DNA of 64,000 nt from Sphagnum compactum (Eukaryota), in contig OZ234493.1 in the NCBI GenBank assembly GCA_965153455.1, positions 22,186,213-22,250,212 of the forward strand, given 5' to 3'. Of this stretch, positions 53,888-64,000 are shown piece by piece (position 1 is the stretch's first letter; every line of letters starts with the position of its first letter). The notes under the pieces were generated by a model. That model ran no database searches, had not been told where the DNA came from, and was given only the letters and a program-made list of their open reading frames with translations. The translations under genes were made by a program, and so were the position numbers.

Positions 53888-54193
53888 ATGGCATCTTCAA
53901 GTTCTTGCAGCCTGTCGCAACCTCTGATAGGAAGCGGAAAAGATGTGACCCATGTTTTCAGACACACGGAGGGAAACACGCGTCCTGTTGTAGCCTGGGT
54001 AGCTTCGGCTTCTCAGCTCAGGGCAGAGGCGGCTGAACTCTGCAATCAAGCTTCTGTGCGCACAAATCAAACCTCTAAGACACTACTCGTGTCTGAATTT
54101 TGGAATCAGGAAAGCAGGGACAGACTCTCCACTAACGCAAGTTTGTCTGAAGCTTCAAGTCTCTTGGCTAAATCATCATCATGCCCTGTTGTG
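53888..54193 (+). CDS. SGR: SGR coding exon 1 (Ser/Ala-rich putative transit peptide, 102 codons)
   Basis: ATG at 53888 (MASSSSCSLSQPL...), ending GTG|gtaaga in phase 0 and joining in frame to TARLFGP. The start codon is inferred. Confidence 0.8.
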
Positions 54194-54292
54194 GTAAGAA
54201 AATTCTCCCTTCCTAAGGTTTGCCAAGATGCTGTAGGACACATACCGGAACTGTCTCGACGTTGAGTCAAGTCCTGCACAAATATAAAAGTT

Positions 54293-54327
<35 letters not shown>

Positions 54328-56119
54328 AGGACCCGGATGTAAATTCTTTTAGGACTTTTGTCAGTCCTCTTTCGTGCAATCCCCACCTTGAACCTCACCA
54401 TAGCCCTACTGTTTGTCACAAGGTGTCCTTGAAAGGGTGACAGTTTTGATTCATATTCTTGCTTCTTGATGTGTTGAACACTTGTAATCCTCTGCAGACG
54501 GCAAGACTGTTTGGGCCTGCTATATTTGAAGCTTCGAAGCTTAGGGTGCTTTTTCTTGGATCTGATAAGGAGCATCCTGACCGCCTTCCTCGCATCTACA
54601 CACTGACCCACAGCGATGTGACATCCAAAATTACACTTGCTGTTTCCCGAGAGATCAACAAGGCACAGGTTGGAACATACTCAAGATGCATGGCATATCT
54701 GAATACCTGCTCTCTCAGATTCCATAAACCATCTGCTTTGTTAACAGCTATTACAGTGTCTATTTTACAGTGGCAGAATCCACTTGTCAGATGAAATGAT
54801 AGTGGATTTCCAGATGTTGCAATTAAATCTAAATGCAAACTCTGGGAATGTTACAGCTCAAGGGATGGTACAGCAAGTTGCAGCGAGATGAAGTCCTGGC
54901 GGAATGGAAGAGGGTAAAAGGAACGATGTCCCTCCATGTTCACTGCCATATCAGTGGAGGCAACTTCCTGCACAACATCATTGCCAAACTCCGGTTTTAC
55001 ATCTTCCGCAAAGAGCTTCCTGTGGTATGATGCCTCAAATTCAAGCAAAGGCCTTTACTGTTATTACATATAATGTCCAGTAGCCGTTCACCATGATCTC
55101 AGTCTGTTTGTGTCAAGATAGTTAGAACTAGTACGACGTTTTGTTCCTAACTTAGTGTCAATTTTCTTTCAGGTACTGGAAGCATTCAGGCATGGTGATG
55201 AAGCCCTTCTCAAAGAATACCCAGGTAGTCTGCATAGCCATGTATGGACAATCAAGTAAAAGGATGCTATGTTCTTTGGTGAATACCTATAGAATGATTT
55301 TGATTCAGCATGCTAATTGTCATGAGATTCACAATGAAAACAAGATATTATGTGAACTTCAATCGCACACATGAATGTCAAGTTGAAGAGTAAAGATGTT
55401 TCACACTTCCAGTTCTAAAGTACAAAGTCAGCTTTGGTGGGTAGAATAACTGCACACTTGAGAAATACCATGGAGAAAGAAAAGTTTGTGTACTCATCTG
55501 AGATAGTCAATTGATGATGACAGATTTAGACAATGCTCTTGTCTGGGTCTACTTCCACTCCAATGTTGAGGAATACAATCGTGTTGAATGCTGGGGTCCA
55601 CTTGTTGAAGCAGCTAAGGTATGAACAAACACCCATGATGTACCAGTGAACAATTTCCACTGGATGCTGATCACCTAGAAAGATGATCTGATGAACAATG
55701 AATAACTCTTGGTAGTTGTTAGGTGCATCTCTATACAGTAAAGACATTGGTTCTTTTACCAAAGAGACCAGGCTTGATAACCCAATTGTCAACACCTGAA
55801 GACCACTTTAGCTACAATGCTAAATGTAGACCGTCCACAAGACACTGTTCTAGAACAGTAGGATATGTGACTGATTTATGGATATGGAACTGTGATGGAA
55901 CATCAGAGTGCAACAGAGGAAGCAAAAGAAGCAATCCATCATGCAATGGACGAAATTGAGAGAAAGTGGCCCCAACAATTACTGCCTGGGAAAGTATGTC
56001 CAATGGCATGTGAATGTTGCACACGTCATGGTACTCTGATACCATTGCCAGCGACATTCAAGCTTCTTCAAACCCAAGAGGAATATGAAGAGCAGTATGG
56101 ACAGAAAGAGACATCATGA
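53888..56119 (+). CDS. SGR: STAY-GREEN / magnesium-dechelatase (SGR/NYE1 family), chloroplast precursor; join(53888..54193,54498..54668,54857..55024,55173..55224,55524..55618,55907..56119), 334 aa
   Basis: Spliced by hand: all five introns are GT..AG and the frame is maintained to TGA at 56117-56119. Staygreen-domain motifs are ARLFGPAIFEASKL, LPRIYTLTHSDVTSKITLAVS, WYSKLQRDEVLAEW, SLHVHCHISGG, RFYIFRKELPVVLEAFRHGD and VWVYFHSNVEEYNRVECWGPL. A C-terminal Cys-rich motif (PGKVCPMACECC) and a Ser-rich N-terminus are also present. Confidence 0.95.
54295..54326. repeat. (GA)n microsatellite in SGR intron 1
   Basis: Read directly from the sequence. Confidence 0.9.
54498..54668 (+). CDS. SGR: SGR coding exon 2
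   Basis: tctgcag|ACG ... GCACAG|gttgga; encodes TARLFGPAIFEASKL...REINKAQ. Confidence 0.95.
54857..55024 (+). CDS. SGR: SGR coding exon 3
   Basis: ttacag|CTC ... CCTGTG|gtatga; 168 nt encoding LKGWYSKLQRDEV...RKELPV. Confidence 0.95.
55173..55224 (+). CDS. SGR: SGR coding exon 4
   Basis: ttttctttcag|GTA ... CCAG|gtagtc; encodes VLEAFRHGDEALLKEYP, ends in phase 1. Confidence 0.9.
55524..55618 (+). CDS. SGR: SGR coding exon 5
   Basis: gacag|AT ... GCTAAG|gtatga; encodes DLDNALVWVYFHSNVEEYNRVECWGPLVEAAK. Confidence 0.92.
55907..56119 (+). CDS. SGR: SGR coding exon 6 with Cys-rich motif
   Basis: catcag|AGT; encodes SATEEAKEAIHH...PGKVCPMACECCTRHGTLIPLP...KETS*. The acceptor is purine-rich, so the 5' edge is less certain. 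Confidence 0.82.
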   Translation, partial: SATEEAKEAIHHAMDEIERKWPQQLLPGKVCPMACECCTRHGTLIPLPATFKLLQTQEEYEEQYGQKETS

Positions 56120-57470
56120 AGCCAGACCACCTATTGTGCTATATCACTTTCAAGCTTTCTTCAAACTCAAAAAGTATACACAGGAGTGTGTATGCACAGG
56201 ACTATGATTCATCTTCAAGAGGCTTCAACCTTTTCAATTAGGGTTTCCCCCTTGGTGTTGGGTATTTACTTAATTATCAAAAACTTGTCGAAATTGTTGG
56301 TTCAGCTTCAGAACCCTAAACTGCAAAGCTCTGCACCCATCAGAATGATGTTCCAATAGTGTGACAATTCATTTTGCATATTGAGCTCCCAGTCAGGCAG
56401 CTCTCAGGTGTACATACTGTGAATTATACTGTTAACATACAGTATAATTTCATTTACATTAGAAGTGTGGGAAGCAAGAAGGCTGTTGGCTTAGTTTTAT
56501 TTGATTCGTTTTACATATGCAGTCAACCCCAATCTCTGGGTTTGATTTGACACAGATTTACTTTACAAAGAATTTAGGTCTAGGGTGCACAGGAAAGTAC
56601 CTTTTGCAGTTGTTGTTGGCACCCATTTGTCAATATTTTTTCCTTAATACAACCCGTGCAATCATCATGTTGACCTTGTTTCTCGACCTGTGAGTCCTAG
56701 AAATCATAGCTTTTGTGTGTCCTGTTCTCCTTTTCCTGTTTCTCAAACATTATGCGTGGTGACTTTGGAGGAGAGCTGTGTGGTGCAGATCTGGCAAGGA
56801 CTGCGATTGGAAAGCAGTTGCCTCAGTGGAACACTATACTGTTTACTGTGATCTTGCTGAATATACTGTAGTATAGTCCAACTTTCTTCAAGCTAGAAAC
56901 TTGCCGTATGTTGACTTTGCCTCTCAGGGAGAGACTCCTTAAATCTCCACTACATCAGATAGGAGAGCTGGAGTCTTCTCTTGCTATGTTTCTTAGTATG
57001 TCCCCGACTGTCTTTGAGCTGGGAATTGCCTTATTTTGAATCACACAATGTCCTGATCACCTCAAATACAGTAAACTGCTTCAAGGAAAAAGTATCTCCT
57101 TTTAACGATGCTCAAGATCAACCACTGCTAGAACTCTAAAGTGCAGACTGACCTCCCCAGATCAGTTCTCCCCAATCCTCAATGTTATCTGACCGAAGAC
57201 AGGGGAGGGGAAAAGAAAAACAGCACATTGGCTTCAAGCTCGAAGCTACTGGATTGTCACTGCTTCATAAAGCCTCACAGACTGCTTCAAGATGGATACA
57301 ACTCCAGTCATCCATGCTCTTGTGTAAACTGCTTGACTTCAACGAGCAAGCACGAAAAGGCCTCACACGCGAACCTCAACATCCCCCGCAACAAACAAAC
57401 GCAAAACCAATCTATTATTACTATCAGCAGCAGTATCAGCATTCAAACAACAATTTACGTTGCGTGCATA

Positions 57471-58482
57471 TAAATTTTCTGTCAGAGCCTCGAACTCATC
57501 CACAGAAGAAATGTCGAGGAAACGAAATCTCATTGATGCCAAATAATATTTCTGCCAAATGCTCGATCTGATCCGCAGAAGAAATTTCGAGCAAAAAAAA
57601 TCTCATTAATGCCATATATTTCTGTCCGATCCTCGAAGTATTACGCAGAAGAAATGTCGAGCAAACAAAACCTGAGTGATGCCAAATATTTCTGTGAAAT
57701 CCTCGATCGAATCCGCGGAAGAAATTTCAAGCAAACAAAAACCTCATTGATGAGGCCATATATTTCTGTGAATTCCTCGAACTAATCCGCAGAAGAAATG
57801 TGAGCAAACAAGATCTGACTGATGCTAAATATTTCTGTGAAATCCTCGCTCGAATCCGCAGAAGAAATGGCGACCAAAGAAGATCTCATTGATGCCATAT
57901 ATTTCTGTCAAATCCTCGAACTAACAATCTGTAGAAGAAATTTCGAGCAAAAAAAATTCTCATAATTTGATGCCATATTTTTATGTGAAATCCTAGAACG
58001 AATCGGCAGAAGAAATGTGAACAAACAAGATGTCACCGAAGCCATGTATTTCTGTGAAATCCTCGAACGAACCCGCAGAACAAATGTCGAGGAAACAAGA
58101 TCTCAGTGATGCCATATATTTCTGTCAAATCCCCGAACTAGCAATCCGTATACGAAATTTCGAGCAAACAAAAATCTCATAATTTGATGCCATATTTTTA
58201 TGTGAAATCCTCGAACGAATCCGCAGAAGAAATGTCGAGCAAACAAGATCTCATTGATGCCATATACTTCTGTCAAATCCTCGAACTACCTAACAATCCG
58301 CAGAAGAAATTTTCGAGCCAACAAAAATCCCATAGTTTGATGCCATATGTTTCTGTCAAATCCTGGAACGAAACGGCAGAAGAAAAATGTGAGCAAAAAA
58401 AGATCTCACCGAAGCCATATATATTTCTGTGAAAATCCTCGAACAAATCCGCGGAAGTAGTGTCGAGCAAACAAGATCTGAG
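57471..58482. repeat. ~70-bp CpG-rich tandem repeat, 14 copies
   Basis: Consensus atatatttctgtgaaatcctcgaacgaatccgcagaagaaatgtcgagcaaacaagatctcattgatgcc; units of about 66-83 bp, counted by hand. Confidence 0.95.
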
Positions 58483-60639
58483 ATGTGTGCTGGTTGTTTC
58501 CGTCGTGATTTCGCAAACACTTTGAAGCATCAGCAGCGGATAGAAGTGGGCCAAATTTTCCTCGTCTTCGTCGTCGAGTGGGAATTTTGATTCTATTATA
58601 ATAAAATAAATAAATAAATGCTTTTTGGAGGATAAGGTGTTGCTAGGACAGCCTCCTCATTGGTCGCTACGGATTGTTTCTCACCAACAATGGGATGAAT
58701 GAATAATAGGATCAATCACGTCCCTATGAATGAATGAATGAATGAATTTGTCGATGTTGGAACTTATATTTCATTTATTGTTGAATTGATGTGATATTTT
58801 TTTTATTTTTATTCTCCTGAAAGTTATTTTTAAATATCAACTTGTCATTTGAAAGGAACTTCTAAAGTTTGTTTGTCACAATCAATGTTTTTCTTGCGTG
58901 AGATTTTGCCAAAACAAAAAATACAAATTATATATATATATATATATCACAATATTCCTGTTTTTCTGGAAAATTCATCAAATTTCGAAAATGACTTTTT
59001 TGGGAAAATTTCACCAAAGTTGGATTCTGATTTTAATTTGATAACGTTTTTTAAACTAGTTTTTTTATTGTTTAGAAATTAGATATATTCTAAAAACCTT
59101 ATCATCGTCTTATGGTAAATCTCTCTTGGGATGCTAGCCAATGATGTAACATCAAAAATTTGGAAAACAATGCAACGTTGGGCAAGGATATCCTTTTTAA
59201 TGTAGTTAAACAAATAATGGTAAACAATTTTTTTCAAAATATGTATCAATTATGTAAAAATAAATAGGCTTCAAAATTTTGTAAATTGGGTAAAGGTACA
59301 TGTATAAAGGCTTTGCAAAATTATTAATCCTGATAAGGGTAAAACTAGGGTAAAAAACATTTACACAAGTCTAGCACATTTTTAAGTGAAGATAGTACAA
59401 TCTACAAGAGTTCAAAGAGCATATCGTAAGAATTTTTTCTAAAGCAATTAATGTAAAGATATATCTCAATTGTATACATTTGGAAACCAACTTCCTACCA
59501 AGTTATTTAAGTTATTTTTTATGAAGTTATAGTTATTTGAGATATTTGTGTTACATGCACATATTTTTAGGACTACGAGATATGTTAAGTAAGTTTATTT
59601 AAATAATTGTAGTTAAGTTTAGTGTGAAATATCTTGATGCATGAGATGTCTAGTGCCATGTGCCTTCTAGTGTAGGTAACATTTGCATGGGGAGTTCACT
59701 TCTTATTTAGACTAGGTAAAAACTCGGGTGAATTATAAGTTTGTAACAACATCTCTATGATCGTAGAAAGCTTGTAGTAAAAATCAATGTTTTTATCATT
59801 TCTATTCTTTCATTGATTCATTGTCAATTTCCAACACATATTAGCAAGGTAAAATAAATAGACTCAAATAAGTTAAAAACATTTATCGTATGTTAAGTGA
59901 TTAAAAGGGTAACCAAATGTTTTACAAATCAAATAAGGTGTATAATTACCCTATAAAACATGCCCAACAACAATGGTTGATTGATTTTTACAGTATTTTT
60001 TGGATGAACAATTACAAAAAAACAACATTGTGAATTTTTTGTGGGCCAGTAAATGTGCACAAGTTCAAAGTGCCTTATAACTATAACACGAAATGATTGT
60101 TCCTTAGCCATAAATGAATGTTTCTCATTGGCCAACTACATCGATTGTCATAACTGATGAAATATAAAAAAATCTTTCACTTTGCACAATTTAGTGTTGT
60201 CTGGTTATTAATTTCTAGACTTATTGTGTGAATACCGTTAGAACATATTTCATTTTGTTAACAAAGAAAAATATGCATTCCAAAAGAAAATTCAATTTAT
60301 TACACCAAATAGTTACACATTTATTTTCTAAAATTTTTTTGGCATGTTATGAATGTAAGGGTTTTCAATTTTCAAACATGATAGATATGCACAAAAATTA
60401 TGCATATAAAATTTTCAATTCTATGGCTTACCAAAAAACTTACAAGAATATAGCTTACACTCCCATAACAAAGCCAACGTAAACAAGTCTAAAACAAAAT
60501 GAGGGAATTGAACCCCATAACTCTGCCCAATTGTAACACAAGTTTTTTGCCCCAACCACACCCCACACAAACTCACCCTAGCCCCACAAAATGAATCACC
60601 ATCAATTTGCATTGTTAAAAAAAATATGTTTTCAATTGA

Positions 60640-62900
60640 GTTCTAGTTTTCCTTTGTCAAAGACTTTTCTACTTTCAAATATTGCTTGAAATTTGAATTT
60701 GCTTGCAATTGGCACACAAATCATCATGTCAATTCTTCATCACAATAATATTCCAGTCTATGTTTTCCACTTGCAAGTGGCTTTAAAGCTATCAACACCC
60801 AAGCAAGAGTAAAAACTTGTTAAGTTTCTATTTGTGAACCTAAGAATACAAAAAAATATTTCACAAGGAAACCCACATTTGGAAATTGGCCTTCATACAT
60901 GTGCCGCCAATTTAATGGATTTGTACATGTAGAAATGAAAAAATAGAGGGTCTAGTGAATAGAGATAATTCTCTAGTAACTAATGTTCGAAAAGATTCTT
61001 CAATTGAGGCCCCCCACACCAAACATATTTTCTTCAAGTTCTAATCTCACAACATCAACTTCTACTACAACATGTGAAGTGATGGTAAGGTTTAATTAAT
61101 CAAAACATGCCATGAAAAAAGGAATGACAACCTTGACATTCATATTTAAATACTAGTCGAATTACATTCCCACTTTCCACCAAGAATCCATAATGTGTGA
61201 AACCTTGAAGTGTGGATCCAACATGACAGCCATCATGTTGTGAGCATATTGTGCATCAAAAGACTTCAAAAGACTCCAAAAAAAGGTTTGATTACCCTTA
61301 TTACCTCTAGCCACATATTGTTGTGTAAAAAGAAGATCTCAACATCAAAAGGGTCAAAGATTTCAAACTTGTTAGAACTTGTTGTAGCATAACTTCCATG
61401 TCCATGGGTAATAATTGTTGTCAAAACATCTAGTAACAACTAATGGCCTTTAGATTAATTCATCACACATGTCGATACAATAGGATTCAAAGTAGATGTG
61501 ATTGCCTCATCAGTAGCCCACACTTGGGCTTTAGGTACTATTTGTTTGTAAAACAATAGATTTCTTTCACCATGACAAAAAATTATGGCATTTTTAAACT
61601 CAAGGGTTTCTTCAAACATAATGACCTTGTTGATGAATTCAATTTTTATGGTGTTTACATGTGACAATGGATCGAAATGCAATCAAAATTGGATGTATAA
61701 AAACTATTAAAAGTATCACAACTTTAAATTCATTTATTTTGAATTTATTTAGAAAATACATTTAGTTGATTTAGGCCATAAAAACAAAATAAATCAATAG
61801 AATCTTGAATATCAAATTGTTTTTTGCTTGTTTCTTTGAGTAAATGTGCACCAATTACATTATAAAGCTTGTTTAAAACACCGTATTTGACAGTATTATA
61901 CCTTTTTTTACTATTTAATAATTCTACTTCAATTTGATAGATAAATAAAACAAACACCTAAGGCATTTATATCTTTAATGGAAGAACATTTTACAATTTA
62001 CAAACATCTTAATCATCATCATTATTATTACATAAAGTATCGTTAAAAAATTATATTTAATTGAAATATGGACTTCATGGTTTTATTCAATTGGAAAGAA
62101 CTTTGATGGAAAATTATTTTTTGTACATATATACATTGATTCACAAATTTTTATAAACAAATTCCAACTAAAAGAAGCCTTTCTTAGTCCTTTTGTTAAA
62201 ATAATGATTTTGTGATAAGTAATTTTGTGATAGGTGATTTTGTGCATGTTACAAATGTATTCTAAAAAACTATTACATCATTATTATTTGCACCAATTTT
62301 GATGTAACATAATGATAGATTGAGATGTGAGCCACCTTTAATTGCACATTTTGACTATTAATAAACCTTTTCCAATTATGTCCCCAAAAATTTCAAATTT
62401 GGTTTACATATTGAAAACTGTAGAGTTGTGACAATTTTTTTGGGTCCATTGTACCATGCAAACACCTTTCATGGGAATGGTTATTTTTTATTGTCACATC
62501 TCACTTTCAAAATGAGCCTACTCGCATTCTTGTTTCCCTTTCCCAAACTTTTTGGTATAAACTAATTTGAATTTCTTTCACATTCACATTCCTTAACCTA
62601 GTAAAGGTTTTGTTGTCATTTGTAGCATATTGATATGTTTTAATCATCACATGCGCCTTCACAAACCTTGAAAATCTTCAAAGGTTCATAATCAATGATG
62701 GAATGCAAAGTTGCTGCCATTATTATCAAATTAATGCCCTCATTTTTTATGAACACAATTACCCAATGTAACAAATCAAATAAAATTTTAAAACAAAGAT
62801 TGCAGTTGTATCGCCATGGACTACCCAATTGTCTCATTCACTTTAAACAACCCCATAGTAATATATGCATGGGCACTTAGATGTCACTCAAAACATTAAT
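60640..62900 (-). mobile_element. hAT transposase relic interrupted by a nested TIR element
   Basis: Minus strand reads KKFGKGKQEC (~62530), FINKVIMFEETLEFKNAIIFC, AHNMMAVMLDPHFK (~61220), EGQFPNVGFL..LGSQIET and HLQVENID. Same family as 39800-40620. Confidence 0.82.
61651..62465. mobile_element. Non-autonomous TIR element inserted in the hAT transposase
   Basis: gtgtttacatgtgacaatggatc and ggtccattgtaccatgcaaacac form inverted repeats; flanks tttttatg and ctttcatg fit a decayed 8-bp TSD. Removing it rejoins the transposase reading. Confidence 0.65.
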
Positions 62901-63061
62901 AACTAGAACGAAAGTATATGCATCACTACCATAGATTAAAACTAACAAACATTATGGTTGCAAATGCAAAATTTAGCAAAACGTGTTAACCCATGGTTTT
63001 TAAAATTATGATAACAACACTTCTTCCATTAAAAAAGATCAAAAAGCAAATTGAACACAAG

Positions 63062-64000
63062 CACTAGAAGAAATCTTGTCCTTTGCAGTGACTAAATGTT
63101 TTAACCGACTAATAATTGACTACAGTAATAAGATATTATTTCAAATCCTACGTGTAAAAAGTTGTAATCATATATTAGTGATGCATTTGACTAGTAGACA
63201 ATGACATGGTAATAGGAAGGATGATATCATTTTTTACAAGTTTTCATCCATATGACATTCACAATTGATGACAAAATGAAGTGAATGTCCAAAATATCAT
63301 ATGAAAATGTGATTAGGATAAAATCATTTCAAATATAATTAAATAATGACTATGCAAATGACATGGACAAAATGATGTGTCATTACATACATAATATGGT
63401 CATAAAATTACTTTAAAATGATTCAAAAATGATTATTAGTATAAGTTCACACATAAAGAATTATGACATGTAAAGAATTGATTTTAATTAATATTATACA
63501 CATTAGTAACATAATTTTTCTAATTATGTTTTTCTTTAATATACTTGATATATGATGCATTTAAAAATATTTTATATGAATAAATTAATTATTACACATT
63601 GAAATAAATTTTAGTGATAAAAAATGATATTCTAAAAATATTTTCTATATTGTAATTTAAAAATAAAATAGAAATGTAAGATGTGGTAAATATATAATTT
63701 ATTTTTACATTAGATTTTTGTCATCATTTTAAGTAAAATTTTATATAATATATGTATATAAATAAATATTACACAATTATATTATAATATATGTGTAAAA
63801 TTGAATAAAATTTATAATTTCAGAAAACTATTCAATATTTAATATTTAATATTATTATTAATTCTATTTAAATTAAATTTATAAATAAAATTAATATGAT
63901 AAATATAAAAAATTATTGTATAGATACTTAGATATTATAATTGATTTACAATTGATTTATAATATTTTAAGTGGATAGATATTATGGATTCATATGTTTA
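63062..64000. mobile_element. Left end of a CACTA element, probably running off the window
   Basis: cactagaagaaatcttgtcctttgc at 63062 resembles the left end of the 3701-4913 element; no matching right end in the window. Confidence 0.5.

Noticed and set aside
57471..58482. CRISPR-like periodicity (~70 bp)
   Set aside because: The whole unit repeats with no unique spacers, there are no cas genes, and the context is eukaryotic.

Overview
AT-rich eukaryotic land-plant genomic DNA. A bryophyte, Sphagnum-like origin is my inference from repeat style and gene structure, not a database result. One confidently identifiable protein-coding gene is present: a six-exon STAY-GREEN (SGR/NYE1, chlorophyll a Mg-dechelatase) gene on the + strand at 53888-56119 (334 aa). 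Most of 1-46 kb and 59-64 kb is a graveyard of decayed, CpG-depleted transposons. These include a Ty3/gypsy gag-pol relic, an L1-like LINE with an inverted internal segment, two hAT transposase relics, a probable Mutator relic, three complete non-autonomous CACTA elements that all have an ATT target-site duplication, and several MITEs. Tandem arrays have 46-bp, 70-bp, 40-bp and about 43-bp units. SGR is flanked by two candidate minus-strand spliced transcription units, one divergent and one convergent (the latter containing a CpG-rich 70-bp satellite). I found no CRISPR array, rRNA or intact tRNA, and no clearly new multi-gene system. The best leads are in transposon biology and possible non-coding regulation of SGR.
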